Part shown: in pieces, positions 17,648 through 27,874 of the stretch
How the letters are laid out: each line of letters opens with the position of its first letter
Position numbering within the stretch: the first letter of the stretch is position 1
Virus record (IMG/VR): IMGVR_UViG_3300024325_000122
Location: 1-37,965 of that record
Length of the DNA: 37,965 nt
Reading direction: 5' to 3' (one strand)
Source: a virus
Taxonomy: Duplodnaviria; Caudoviricetes
Made by a program: the position numbers and the translations under genes
Notes under the pieces: model-generated
What the model saw: the letters and a program-made list of their open reading frames with translations, nothing else
Database searches by the model: none
What the model was told of the DNA's origin: nothing

Positions 17648-17953
17648 ATGCGGAAAATCCTTAACAACAAGAACTCAACCAAAGCCGAGCGAAGATTCCA
17701 CGAGAGTCTCAAGGCTCATCGGATCCCCTTTCTCTTTCGAAAGAAGGTGCTCGGCCGCGAGATCGACTTCCTCATCGGCAAGATCGCCATCGAGATCGAC
17801 GGCCACGACCAGGACCGAGCCAAGAACAAGCTCCTCCTCGAAGCCGGATACTCGCTGGTCCATCTCTCGAACCGTGAAGTCCTCGAACAAAAGTACTCCA
17901 ACATCATCAAACAATGTCTACAGCACGTCCATCAGCTCAAACCTCTAACGTAA
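17648..17953 (+). CDS. DUF559/Vsr-like endonuclease
   Basis: STKAE...EIDFLIGKIAIEIDGHDQD...LLEAGYSLVHL. Confidence 0.85.
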   Translation: MRKILNNKNSTKAERRFHESLKAHRIPFLFRKKVLGREIDFLIGKIAIEIDGHDQDRAKNKLLLEAGYSLVHLSNREVLEQKYSNIIKQCLQHVHQLKPLT

Positions 17954-18588
17954 ATGTCCTCGGTCTAGACGGCGTAACCGAAACTGTCGGCACGCCTTCA
18001 ATCACGACCCTTCAGCGAGATCCGAACAACGACGTTCTACTCTGCTCAGGAACAACCGTTCCCACGGCAGGAGACGCCGGCTACGCCACCGGATGCACGT
18101 TCATCAAGACGAACGGCACAACCGGCACAGTGATCTACGTGAATGAAGGGACCGCAAGTGCCGCCGCCTTCCACGCCACCTCTGCTCCCGAAACCGTAAC
18201 GGTGACTTCCGCGACCATCGCGACCACGAGCACGACCAGCACCTACGCGGTTGCTCCGAAGACAGGGGCTCTTACTTCCGCTGACTTCGGCGGCAAAGAC
18301 GCGCTTGCAACTTCCGACACGAACTACATCACCTGGACCATCACCAACCTCGGTCAGGCCGGTGCAGGCTCGACCGCCATGCTCGCCACCACTCCCGCAG
18401 GCATCAACACCACGAAGGTAACCGGCGGAACTGCGATAACCGCAGAAGGTGTCTACGCCCTCACGCTTTCCGGGACCGCTCTAAACCTCGCAGTCGCTCA
18501 GGGGGATCAGTTGAAGATCACCGCAACGGCAACCGGCACGTTGGCGAACACCGTCACCTTCCCGCGCTACCAGCTCCGCTTCGCTTAA
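17914..18588 (+). CDS. Virion structural protein (Thr-rich, head fibre-like)
   Basis: GYATGCTFIKT...IYVNEGT motif; beta-rich. Confidence 0.65.
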   Translation: MSTARPSAQTSNVNVLGLDGVTETVGTPSITTLQRDPNNDVLLCSGTTVPTAGDAGYATGCTFIKTNGTTGTVIYVNEGTASAAAFHATSAPETVTVTSATIATTSTTSTYAVAPKTGALTSADFGGKDALATSDTNYITWTITNLGQAGAGSTAMLATTPAGINTTKVTGGTAITAEGVYALTLSGTALNLAVAQGDQLKITATATGTLANTVTFPRYQLRFA

Positions 18589-18605
18589 ACCAATCACTAC
18601 CCCGA

Positions 18606-19001
18606 ATGTTCAACCCCGACATCGAACTTCAACAGCCACGCTCCGTCCGAGCGAGTGCCGCTCTCACGAATGCCTACGTCGTTGGGACCAACACGGTGAG
18701 CTTTGAGCGCCACAACTCTCTCGGCATCGAAGTCAGCTACACCAAAGGCGATGAAACCTCCATGCAAATGAAAGTGGAGGTCTCGAACGACGGCGGCACA
18801 ACCTGGGCTCAGGAGACGACCGAGACCACAACCGCAGGAACCGTAGCTATCGCCCTCGCAGAACGGTCCTACTCAGCTAGCGGCGTTTACTCGACCTTTC
18901 TTCGACCGGTACGCGCCGGACTCGCTCGCATCAGTGTCAAAGCTACTGGCGGAACTCCAACCGGAACAGTCGCGATCCGGGCCTACCCAAGCTGGGCTTA
19001 A
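18606..19001 (+). CDS. Virion structural protein (beta-sandwich-like)
   Basis: VEVSNDGGTTW motif; late operon. Confidence 0.65.
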   Translation: MFNPDIELQQPRSVRASAALTNAYVVGTNTVSFERHNSLGIEVSYTKGDETSMQMKVEVSNDGGTTWAQETTETTTAGTVAIALAERSYSASGVYSTFLRPVRAGLARISVKATGGTPTGTVAIRAYPSWA

Positions 19002-19723
19002 TGGTTGACCGCGAGCTACAAGCGGAAGAAAAGAACCTCGAAGCCTCTGTCGCCTTCTTACGATCTGAAAACCAGCGTGAAGCAGCTCTCCTTTCAGAGC
19101 TACTCGCGAAGAAGAAGGCGGCTGAGACCGAGGCCAGAGCAGCCGAAAGAAAGGCTGCAACCGCTCTAACTCGCCTCGAAGACCTCAAGACAGCCCACGA
19201 GACCGAGAAGGCCGCCAGAGCCGCTCTCAGAGCCTCCCGGAGCGACGAACAAGCCCAGCACGTCGAGACCCTCAACCAGCTCAAGAATGACCATCAGCAA
19301 GCTCTGAACGCGATTGCCACTCTGCACGAGGACATCGCATCCCTCGAAGAGAAGAAGACCGCACTCTTAACCGCCACCGACACGCTCCAGGCGAACATCA
19401 ACGCGAAAGCGGAGCTCGCGCAAGGCATCGAGCAACTCAACGTGGAGATCGCTAGCCTCGAAACTCATCGCGACCATCTAAACGCCGACTGTTCAAACAT
19501 CATTGAAGAATTCGAAGCCAAGAAGCGATTGAGCGAGTCCGATCTTTCTGACCTCGACACTCGTGCCTCCGCGCTCCGCATCGAGCTGGCCCAATTCCAG
19601 AACGAGAAGAAGTCCGTTGACGACGAGTGCCAACGCAAGAGCGCCGATCTCCTGATCGCCATCGAGCGCATCGAAGCCGAATATCAAAAGGCGTTCCCCG
19701 GCCTTCGCCTTCTCCTCATCTAG
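19001..19723 (+). CDS. Coiled-coil protein
   Basis: Heptad-rich, Ala/Glu/Leu-rich. Confidence 0.7.
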   Translation: MVDRELQAEEKNLEASVAFLRSENQREAALLSELLAKKKAAETEARAAERKAATALTRLEDLKTAHETEKAARAALRASRSDEQAQHVETLNQLKNDHQQALNAIATLHEDIASLEEKKTALLTATDTLQANINAKAELAQGIEQLNVEIASLETHRDHLNADCSNIIEEFEAKKRLSESDLSDLDTRASALRIELAQFQNEKKSVDDECQRKSADLLIAIERIEAEYQKAFPGLRLLLI

Positions 19724-19726
19724 CCC

Positions 19727-21787
19727 ATGCTCGCACCCGACATCAACTACAGCGGCCTGACCACAGCGGAAAGAGCGTTCGTCCAGAACCTTGCCGGACT
19801 TTCCTACGTCAACGGCGACATCCTTTACTACAACTCCGGCGCCCTTCAGCGTCTCCCCATCGGCAGTTCCACGAACGTTCTCACAGTCTCGGCTGGACTG
19901 CCCGCATGGACGGCCGCAATTTCAGGGATCACCACTTTAAATACTCTCACCGCCGCGACGCAGACCTTCGCAAATGCGAACGACACCAACGTCACACTCT
20001 CAATCGGCTCAGCGACATCGACGCACACCTTCACGATGGGATGGACGGGGACACTTGCCCCCTCTCGCGGCGGGTTTGGTACCGACGTTTCAGCGATAGC
20101 CAAAGGCGGTCTCGTCACCGGCACAGCCGCGGGAACCTTTGGCATCAAGGCCGTTGGAAGTGACGGTCAAGTCCTCAGCGCCGATTCAACACAAGCAGGA
20201 GGCGTGAAGTGGATCGCGGCCGGGGGGACAGGAACTGTCACCACCGTCTCCGTCGTCTCCGCGAACGGCTTTGCCGGCTCGGTTGCGACCGCCACCACCA
20301 CTCCAGCCATCACGATCTCCACTTCGATCACTGGAACCTTGCAAGGGAACGGGACGGCCATCTCCGCCTCGAAGGTCACGCTCACCCAACCGGCCACCGG
20401 CTCCACGCTTACGATCCTCGACGGCAAGACCGCGACCTTCAACAACACCATCATCTTCGCCGGGACCGACTCGACGACGATGACGTTCCCTTCAACCTCC
20501 GCGACGATCGCCCGCACCGACGCCGCGAACACCTTCACCGGTGTCCAGACCATGACCTCGCCCGCGCTTACCACGCCCGCGATCACGGGGCTTGCCACCG
20601 GTTCGGGTGTCGCCTCGGCCGCGACCGCGTCTACGCTGGTATCAAGAGATGCGAACGCGAACACGACCGTCAACAACCTTCTCGAAGGCTACACAACCAC
20701 CACAACCGCCGCCGGAACCACGACTCTGACCGTTGGCAGTACGTACGCGCAGTTCTTCACGGGCTCAACGACGCAGACCGTCACGTTGCCCGTCGCCTCA
20801 ACTCTCGTTCTCGGTCAGCAGTTCCTCATCGTGAACAACAGCACAGGGGCGGTTACCGTGAACTCCTCTGGAGCGAACGCCGTCATCGTTCTCGCCGGCA
20901 GCACCTCCGCCGTCATCACTTGCATCCTGACCTCCGGCACTACCGCAGCCTCTTGGAGCGCTGCCTACTACGGCGATGCCGTCGCCAGCGGCAAGAAGCT
21001 GAGCGTCTCAAACTCCCTCACCCTTGCCGGAACTGATGGGAAGTCACTGACTTTGACAAACAGCCTCACGGTAACAACTAACGACGGCACGCTTGCTTTC
21101 GGTGCGGCTTCGAAGACGCTGACAGTGAACAAATCGCTGACGCTCGACGGGACGGACAGCACGACGATGACCTTCCCTTCCACCTCGGCCACGATTGCCA
21201 GGACCGACGCAGGCCAGACCTTCACAGGCGTGAACGTCTTCACATCTCCGAAGATCATCACTCAGATTTCGGACACGAACGGTAACGCGTGGCTCTCGAT
21301 CGTCGCGACAGCTTCTGCAGTCAACTCTCTCCAGGTTACGAACGCCGCCACGGGTTCTACAGGACCACTCCTGAAGCCGGTCGGCGAAACCAATGTTGAC
21401 CTTCGCGTGGGAGGGCTTGGCACTGGCAAGGTTGCCTTTCAATCCTCAACGAACCACGGCGACTTCAACGCCTACTTCACGGAGCACGACAACGGCAACA
21501 CCGGAACCGCGAAGACGGTCGACTGGACGCTCTCTAACAAGCAGAAAGCAACGCTCACGGGCAATTGCACCTTCACCTTCACTTCGCCGAACGGTCCCTG
21601 CTCGATCGTGCTCTATCTCGCCCAGGATGCTACCGGCTCTCGTACCGTCACCTGGCCCGCCACCGTCCATTGGTCAGGCGGGACAGCACCAACTCTCACG
21701 ACGACCGCAAGCAAGGTGGACATCATCGCGTTCTACTGGAATGGGTCCACCTACTACGGAACCTCATCACTCAACTACACCGCTTAA
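19727..21787 (+). CDS. Tail fibre / receptor-binding protein
   Basis: Thr/Gly-rich; GSDGQVLSADS motif; C-terminal QDATGSRTVTWP...WSGGTAPTLT...VDII domain. Confidence 0.8.
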   Translation: MLAPDINYSGLTTAERAFVQNLAGLSYVNGDILYYNSGALQRLPIGSSTNVLTVSAGLPAWTAAISGITTLNTLTAATQTFANANDTNVTLSIGSATSTHTFTMGWTGTLAPSRGGFGTDVSAIAKGGLVTGTAAGTFGIKAVGSDGQVLSADSTQAGGVKWIAAGGTGTVTTVSVVSANGFAGSVATATTTPAITISTSITGTLQGNGTAISASKVTLTQPATGSTLTILDGKTATFNNTIIFAGTDSTTMTFPSTSATIARTDAANTFTGVQTMTSPALTTPAITGLATGSGVASAATASTLVSRDANANTTVNNLLEGYTTTTTAAGTTTLTVGSTYAQFFTGSTTQTVTLPVASTLVLGQQFLIVNNSTGAVTVNSSGANAVIVLAGSTSAVITCILTSGTTAASWSAAYYGDAVASGKKLSVSNSLTLAGTDGKSLTLTNSLTVTTNDGTLAFGAASKTLTVNKSLTLDGTDSTTMTFPSTSATIARTDAGQTFTGVNVFTSPKIITQISDTNGNAWLSIVATASAVNSLQVTNAATGSTGPLLKPVGETNVDLRVGGLGTGKVAFQSSTNHGDFNAYFTEHDNGNTGTAKTVDWTLSNKQKATLTGNCTFTFTSPNGPCSIVLYLAQDATGSRTVTWPATVHWSGGTAPTLTTTASKVDIIAFYWNGSTYYGTSSLNYTA
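20462..21211 (+). repeat. Internal 21-aa duplication in the fibre gene
   Basis: GTDSTTMTFPSTSATIARTDA at 20462-20524 and 21149-21211; identical peptide, synonymous DNA differences. Confidence 0.85.
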
Positions 21788-22446
21788 TGGCCATAGCTTT
21801 CGACGCCACAGCACACGGAGTCGCGAACCCAGGCTCATCCCTCACTTACGCCCACACCTGCACCGGGTCAAACCTTCTTCTCTTCGTCGGAATCGAGGGC
21901 GATAGTACCAACGACATCATCACCGGAGTCACCTACAACTCCGTCGCCATGACCCGCGTAGACGCGCTCCCTGCTACTACTAGCGGCAATCGCTGGTTCT
22001 ATCTCTACTATCTCGTCGGCCCCGCAACTGGGGCAAACAACGTCGTCGTGAGTGCCAGCTCCTCTATCTTCATATCAGCCGTCTCTGCCTCGTACACCGG
22101 AGCTCAACAATCCGGTGTTCCCGACTCTTCGAACAAGGGCGGGGCTACAACCGGAACCAGCCTTTCCATCAGCACTACCACCGTTGCTGACAATTGCTGG
22201 GTAGTGGGTTACATGAACGGAGCGGCTGCCGCATCCGCTTCTGGCGGCACGACGATCCGAGGAACTGAAACTACCGGCCAGGGCAACATCTGCGACAAGA
22301 ATGGCGTCGTTACGCCCGCCGGGAGCGCGAGCCTTGGCATCACCTGGACCGGTTCAAACGGTAATGGAGGCATAGTAGCCTCATTCGCGCCCGTCGTCGC
22401 CGGCGCTCCTGCCGGAAACAACATGTTCCAGGGAGCCAATTTCTAA
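21787..22446 (+). CDS. Fibre-associated structural protein
   Basis: True start ATG 21787 (MAIAFDAT...); TAATG overlap with the fibre stop. Confidence 0.75.
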   Translation: MAIAFDATAHGVANPGSSLTYAHTCTGSNLLLFVGIEGDSTNDIITGVTYNSVAMTRVDALPATTSGNRWFYLYYLVGPATGANNVVVSASSSIFISAVSASYTGAQQSGVPDSSNKGGATTGTSLSISTTTVADNCWVVGYMNGAAAASASGGTTIRGTETTGQGNICDKNGVVTPAGSASLGITWTGSNGNGGIVASFAPVVAGAPAGNNMFQGANF

Positions 22447-22453
22447 TCCTTCA

Positions 22454-22891
22454 ATGAACCCCGAAAACCTCTCCTACTTAGCGAACGTCTTCCATCGGCT
22501 CTGCGCTTTCCCCTGGTTGAAGCTCTGGTTCGGTATCGCTCTCTTCTGCTTCCAGTTCTTCTTCGACGCCCTGAACACCTCCGCTCTCTTCGCCGTCTAC
22601 GCCCTCATCCTCATGGACAGCGTGACAGGGTTGCTCGCGGCATATCGCACCGGGACGCCGATCCGGTCCCACAAACTCCTCCGAACCGCCCTCAAGATCG
22701 CCGTCTACTCACTCCTCATCTCCGCTGGGTTCGTATCCCAGAAGGCGATTCCGCTTCCAGGTATCGAGACCACGATCATCGCAGCCCTCGGCCTCACCGA
22801 ACTCTTCTCGATCCTTGAGAACACCGCGCGAGCTGGCTACACGATCGCGGCGAAGATCATGACCCGGATAAGCCACGACCTCACTCCATGA
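22454..22891 (+). CDS. Phage holin-family membrane protein
   Basis: Several TM segments; MDSVTGL and TELFSILEN motifs. Confidence 0.8.
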   Translation: MNPENLSYLANVFHRLCAFPWLKLWFGIALFCFQFFFDALNTSALFAVYALILMDSVTGLLAAYRTGTPIRSHKLLRTALKIAVYSLLISAGFVSQKAIPLPGIETTIIAALGLTELFSILENTARAGYTIAAKIMTRISHDLTP

Positions 22892-23409
22892 TCGACCCCA
22901 ACCAGCAACAGACCGAATACGACGTTCTCAATGCACAACCGGCATCGCCGCAGGCCGCGGCCTTCGATCCCCGCGCATTGCCCGGAATCATCCAAGACCT
23001 ACTCCCCACGTCTCAGGTCCAGACGAACGTGATTAGAAAGACATTCTCAGACTTCTCCAAGGCGGCTACGACTAATGACGTTGCTCTCTTCTCCCTTCCG
23101 AAGCACTGCATCATCTTGACCGTCGCCGCGAACGTCACCCAAGCATTCGCCGGAGGCGCTATCGCCACCTACACGATTTCGATGGGCAAGAGCGGAAGCT
23201 CGACCGGGCTCCTCACGGCCCAGAGCGTCACGACGACCGGTTTCAAGAACGCTGTTGGGACGGACTTCACCACGAACCGACCCATGTACAGCGCAACCGG
23301 CCCTACGTCGATTGTCGCCACCGCGACCTCGACCGGAGCGAACCTCAGTGTTGCCACAGCCGGCTCGATCGACTTCTACGTCGTCTACTACTCATTCCCT
23401 CTGCTCTGA
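22888..23409 (+). CDS. Virion structural protein
   Basis: Beta-rich, TQAFAGG...TAGSIDFYVVY. Confidence 0.65.
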   Translation: MIDPNQQQTEYDVLNAQPASPQAAAFDPRALPGIIQDLLPTSQVQTNVIRKTFSDFSKAATTNDVALFSLPKHCIILTVAANVTQAFAGGAIATYTISMGKSGSSTGLLTAQSVTTTGFKNAVGTDFTTNRPMYSATGPTSIVATATSTGANLSVATAGSIDFYVVYYSFPLL

Positions 23410-25010
23410 TGCCGAAGATCATCTGGACCAACTTCAACGGGATGTCCTCGACCTCCGTCTACGACAACTCCAAACTCGCCCCGGACGATACGTTTCAGTC
23501 CGCTACGGCCGTTGACACGATCAAGACCCCTGGCGTTCTCCGCGTCGGCATCGGAGCCGGAGCCGACCTCACGAATGCGAGCGTCGTCCGCACGCCGGTC
23601 ATCAAGGTCGTGAACTACTTCGCGGGTAGCTCTTTCCCCGATCTGTTCGGGTTCGGAATCGAAGCGGGAACCACGACCTATGACGCGCGGGTCCACAAGA
23701 TCGATACCGTCACCGATACCTTCAGCAACACAGGAGGTTGGCCCTACACGATCGGCAGCAACATCACGACCGGTCACGCGGGGCACACCCACTTCGTAGG
23801 AGAAGACATCACTATCTTCAAAGAGAACGGTGTCTCGAAGCTGATGTACTCATGGACCGACGCCACAGATGGGGACATCGGCGTCCTCACTCTCGATCTC
23901 GCAACAAAGAGCGACACCTACTTTTCCGACAACTCTCCCGGCCACGTGCCACTTGGCCGCTTTCCCCACCCGATCGTTCGCGGCGACAACGGTTACTACT
24001 ACGTCGCCGATGGTTCGTCTATTCACAAGATCGACGGCTCCACGGCCCCGGCTACGATCACGCTCTCGGCGATCGACCTACCGACCGGCTGGATCATCTA
24101 CGACATGCTCAATTTCAAGGGCCTATGCTGGATTCTCGCACGCCAGCAGTTCAACTACGTTCCAAACGACCCCACAGGCAACGCCGCCTTCGAAACAGCT
24201 GTGTTCCAGTGGAACTACGTATCGAATCGCGCTGCCGACTTCTCAGGCTTCACCACAGGTTCCCCGTTCTTCCTCGAATACTCAGCCGAAGGCAGCGCGG
24301 CGAACATCGGCAAGCTCTTCCTCCTCCTGAACGTCGTCCACTCCATCACGTACACGATCTCCGGCAGAACCCAGATCCGGCGCTTCTCAGGTGCCGAGTT
24401 CGTTCCCGTCGCGGAGATTGCAGGCAACTACCTCCCAGCCAGGGGAGGGATGACAGGCTACAAGGGCCAAATCGCGTGGCTCGCCATAACCTCCGGGACC
24501 TTCTGTACCTACGGAAGCATCTCCCCCGATTACCCAGCTCGCTACAACTTCATCGGCAAACTCCCAAATCCTGGCAACACCTCTGCTGGTTTCCTCTCTA
24601 TCGACTACAACGGCAACTACTACGGCTCCTACAACGACACCAAAGTCAGCCTCCTTAACGGCATGATCACCTCAGCCTCCCTCACCTCCTTCGTGAAGGA
24701 GCTTCCCAAGCTATCGCGTACCAAGAGCACGACCCTCATGTACCGTCCCATTACCGACGTAACCGCCTCGACGCTCACTCTGACGTTTTACAAGAACTAC
24801 TCCACCTCCGCCGTCGCCGGAACGTTCCAGCTCACCCACGCAAAAGACGGTGCTACCGGCTTCAAGTTCTTCGAGCTAAGCGGCAAGAACTTCCAGAACA
24901 CGAACGCCCTCCGCTGGACACTTACATGGGCGCTGAACGTCAACGCTACTGACGCTATTGAGCCTTACCGCCTAGAGGTCGAATACGACCAGCTCGCGAA
25001 GAAGAAGTAA
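23409..25010 (+). CDS. Putative tail nozzle/stabilisation protein (beta-propeller-like)
   Basis: 533 aa, aromatic/Gly-rich, N-terminal NFNG; podovirus tail position. Confidence 0.6.
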   Translation: MPKIIWTNFNGMSSTSVYDNSKLAPDDTFQSATAVDTIKTPGVLRVGIGAGADLTNASVVRTPVIKVVNYFAGSSFPDLFGFGIEAGTTTYDARVHKIDTVTDTFSNTGGWPYTIGSNITTGHAGHTHFVGEDITIFKENGVSKLMYSWTDATDGDIGVLTLDLATKSDTYFSDNSPGHVPLGRFPHPIVRGDNGYYYVADGSSIHKIDGSTAPATITLSAIDLPTGWIIYDMLNFKGLCWILARQQFNYVPNDPTGNAAFETAVFQWNYVSNRAADFSGFTTGSPFFLEYSAEGSAANIGKLFLLLNVVHSITYTISGRTQIRRFSGAEFVPVAEIAGNYLPARGGMTGYKGQIAWLAITSGTFCTYGSISPDYPARYNFIGKLPNPGNTSAGFLSIDYNGNYYGSYNDTKVSLLNGMITSASLTSFVKELPKLSRTKSTTLMYRPITDVTASTLTLTFYKNYSTSAVAGTFQLTHAKDGATGFKFFELSGKNFQNTNALRWTLTWALNVNATDAIEPYRLEVEYDQLAKKK

Positions 25011-25056
25011 TGCACAGGTTCTGCAAAGTCCGACCTTCTATACTCAAATCAAGCTC

Positions 25057-26223
25057 ATGGCTGTAACACTCGCCGACATCAACAACCGAATAAACGACAT
25101 GCGCCGCGACAACGGCAGCGCGAGCGTCGATATGACCGCTGAAGGCTTCCGGGCGATCAACGCCACCCTTCAGGTCTGGCAGCAAATGCACGATTGGGAG
25201 TTTTCTATCGAAGAGCAGACACTGAACTACCACTCTGGAATTGATCGCTACACCCTCGCTTCGAACTTCAAAGCCCCACTTGGCATGAAGTACTACAAAG
25301 GATCTCAGAGAGACCCCTTCGCCCTCGTCTCAGATACGAACTTCAACCAGACGAACGAACGCCTGAAGCCCCTCCGCTACGCCATTTCAACCACGGCCCA
25401 AGGCCAGACGCTCCGACTCAAAGCCGTCGGAACCAAGAGTGTCATCAACGCGGCCAGTGCTTATAACAACACGGGAACTTGGGTTGGAGCGAGCGGCGTG
25501 ACGAACGTAGCGACCGACTCTTACGAGTACTTCGACCTCGGTTCGTCCGTGAGTTTCGACTCCAGCTCAATGACGGCCGGCACGCTTACGAACAGCACCT
25601 TTACAGCCATTGATCTTTCCCGCTTCCAGAACCGTTCCGCCGTTTATTTCAACATCTACTTTGCAACGGTAACGAACCTCTCATCGATCTCTTTGAAGTG
25701 GGGAACTGACGTGTCGAACTACTGGACCTATACCTCGACTTCGGACTATCTCGGGAACGCCTTTGTCGCGAACCTCTGGACCCGTATCAAGTCTCCGTGG
25801 AACTCCGCAACGAAGGTGGGAACGCCGACGATCACGAGCATCAAATACCTTCAGGTCACGTTGAACTACGGTGGTTCGACCACTTCGACCGGCTTCAGAA
25901 TCGAGAACTTCTTCGTTTCCGAGGATACCCCCGTCACCTTCACCTACTACTCTCTGAACATGGTCAAAGCCGCATCTGGTGGAGCGAAGACCATGATCTT
26001 CTCGAACTCCGGGAACGCGACCGACACGCCGCTCTGGTCGGGGACCTGGGATTACGTGAACGAGGCATTTGCCAACTCCGTTCTCGAGTACATCTTCTGG
26101 ATGACAGGCGAGTACGACGACCTGGGGACTGCTTTGAAGCACATCCAACCGATCGTAGACAACCTGAAAAGGAGGCTTCCATCGCGTCGAAAGTACGCCG
26201 AATTAACCATCATCGATAACTAA
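25057..26223 (+). CDS. Putative head-tail adaptor with inserted beta domain
   Basis: TLADINNRIN...AINAT...HDWEF...YTLASNF adaptor-like N-terminus; helical C-terminus. Confidence 0.65.
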   Translation: MAVTLADINNRINDMRRDNGSASVDMTAEGFRAINATLQVWQQMHDWEFSIEEQTLNYHSGIDRYTLASNFKAPLGMKYYKGSQRDPFALVSDTNFNQTNERLKPLRYAISTTAQGQTLRLKAVGTKSVINAASAYNNTGTWVGASGVTNVATDSYEYFDLGSSVSFDSSSMTAGTLTNSTFTAIDLSRFQNRSAVYFNIYFATVTNLSSISLKWGTDVSNYWTYTSTSDYLGNAFVANLWTRIKSPWNSATKVGTPTITSIKYLQVTLNYGGSTTSTGFRIENFFVSEDTPVTFTYYSLNMVKAASGGAKTMIFSNSGNATDTPLWSGTWDYVNEAFANSVLEYIFWMTGEYDDLGTALKHIQPIVDNLKRRLPSRRKYAELTIIDN

Positions 26224-26224
26224 C

Positions 26225-27871
26225 ATGGCACTCACTGACCCAACACTCACTCCTCCCGGCATGGGCGGAACAGGAACCGCCTCTCTGTCTGCGGGCATGG
26301 GAGGTTCAGGCGTCGGCGGCCCCGGAAACGGCGGCCAAGCATGGACCCCGAAGAGCGACGAGTACGGAAACCCGCTCAGTGTTTCTGGCGCAGCCCCAGC
26401 GATCACACCGAACAACGGCCTCGCGATCGGCGCGGGCGGTTCCTCGACGAGCATCGATCCTTCCGGCGGCAATACAACCCTGAGTGGCTACCTGGGCGGC
26501 AAGCAACTGAACCCGCCGGAGTCGTCCACGATCATGGATGCTTACAACCAGCGTACGCTCCAGGCGCAAAACGCCGGCGCCGCCGAACGCTCGGGAATCA
26601 GCGCCGACTACGGACAACAGATAGAAGACACCAAGACCGATAACCAACGAACGCTGACCGGGCATCAAGAGGAAGCCAGAAGCCTCGGCCCTGCATCCCT
26701 CGCCGCTGTTCTTGGTCTCGAAAGCGCGAATGCCGACAAGCGCGTCCGAACCTTGGAGAGAAACCGCGACATCGCCCTCGCGAACTCGAATACGAACGAA
26801 GCGAGTCGCATCGACAAGCTCATCACCGACGAGCACGCGGCAATCACTACGGCACGCCAAAACTACCTTCAGACCATCTTCGCTACGAACGCAGAGCAAC
26901 GCGCGCAAGCCGGTTTCCAGACCCCGGATCAGCAGTCCGTTCGTCAGCTCATGCTGCAGGCTCCCGATGCGAAGATCAGCCCGAACGACACCCTTCAAGA
27001 TGCGCTCGCGAAGTACCGAGGATCTTCCGCTTTCCAGCGCCAGCTCAGCACTCCAGTCTCGATTCCCTTCGGTGCCAGCTACCTCCAGTACAACCAGAAG
27101 ACCGGAAAATACGAACAGCAGAACGGCGTCTTCGACAACAGCAACGGGACAGGCTCCACGGCCGGTGGCACCAATGCGCCGTTCAATCCGACCAACACTC
27201 TCGATTCCTACACCCTCCAGTATCTTCAGACCGGGGAACTTCCGTCGAAGATCGCGCAGAACCCGCAGTACACCGCACCGATCATCCAACGAGCGAACGA
27301 GCTTTCTGGCCAACTCGGTCTCGGCAACTTTGACCCTGCCCAGCGCAAAGCGTCCGTCACCGCTGACACGACCTCCTTGAACGATCTGCAAAACCGCCTC
27401 GACAACTCACAAGCTTCACTTCCAACCATCATCGCCAACGGCAAGTTGCTCCTCAACGGCATGAAGAAGGCCGGCATCAACGACCAGAACTCTCCGCTCA
27501 TCAATCAGTATCAAAACGCGCTGAACAAAAAACTGATCGGCTCTGGTGACCTCGCCGCGTTCAACAACTCCCTCACGACGATCCGAAACGAGTACGCGCG
27601 GCTTCTGATGGGCAAGGGCTCACCTACGGACAAGGCCACGAACGACGCTGACTCTGCTGTTCCGAACAACATCAGTGCCGCCGACCTCGCGAAGGTTCTG
27701 GACCGTATCAGCGGCGAGGGCAACAACGTAATCAGCTCGCTCACCGATCAGATTGGCACCATTAAGAAGCGCATCAGTCCGTACAACTTCAGCACCTCGA
27801 CCACTTCTCGATCACTTTCACCGTCGAACACCTCAACGGCATCAGCGCCAAGCGGTTGGGCTGGTCTCTAA
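26225..27871 (+). CDS. Putative ejection (internal virion) protein
   Basis: Gly/Gln/Asn/Ala-rich helical protein after the tail genes. Confidence 0.6.
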   Translation: MALTDPTLTPPGMGGTGTASLSAGMGGSGVGGPGNGGQAWTPKSDEYGNPLSVSGAAPAITPNNGLAIGAGGSSTSIDPSGGNTTLSGYLGGKQLNPPESSTIMDAYNQRTLQAQNAGAAERSGISADYGQQIEDTKTDNQRTLTGHQEEARSLGPASLAAVLGLESANADKRVRTLERNRDIALANSNTNEASRIDKLITDEHAAITTARQNYLQTIFATNAEQRAQAGFQTPDQQSVRQLMLQAPDAKISPNDTLQDALAKYRGSSAFQRQLSTPVSIPFGASYLQYNQKTGKYEQQNGVFDNSNGTGSTAGGTNAPFNPTNTLDSYTLQYLQTGELPSKIAQNPQYTAPIIQRANELSGQLGLGNFDPAQRKASVTADTTSLNDLQNRLDNSQASLPTIIANGKLLLNGMKKAGINDQNSPLINQYQNALNKKLIGSGDLAAFNNSLTTIRNEYARLLMGKGSPTDKATNDADSAVPNNISAADLAKVLDRISGEGNNVISSLTDQIGTIKKRISPYNFSTSTTSRSLSPSNTSTASAPSGWAGL

Positions 27872-27874
27872 CCC

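Noticed and set aside
20462-21211. Diversity-generating retroelement TR/VR pair
   Set aside because: Differences are synonymous rather than adenine-specific, and no reverse transcriptase is present
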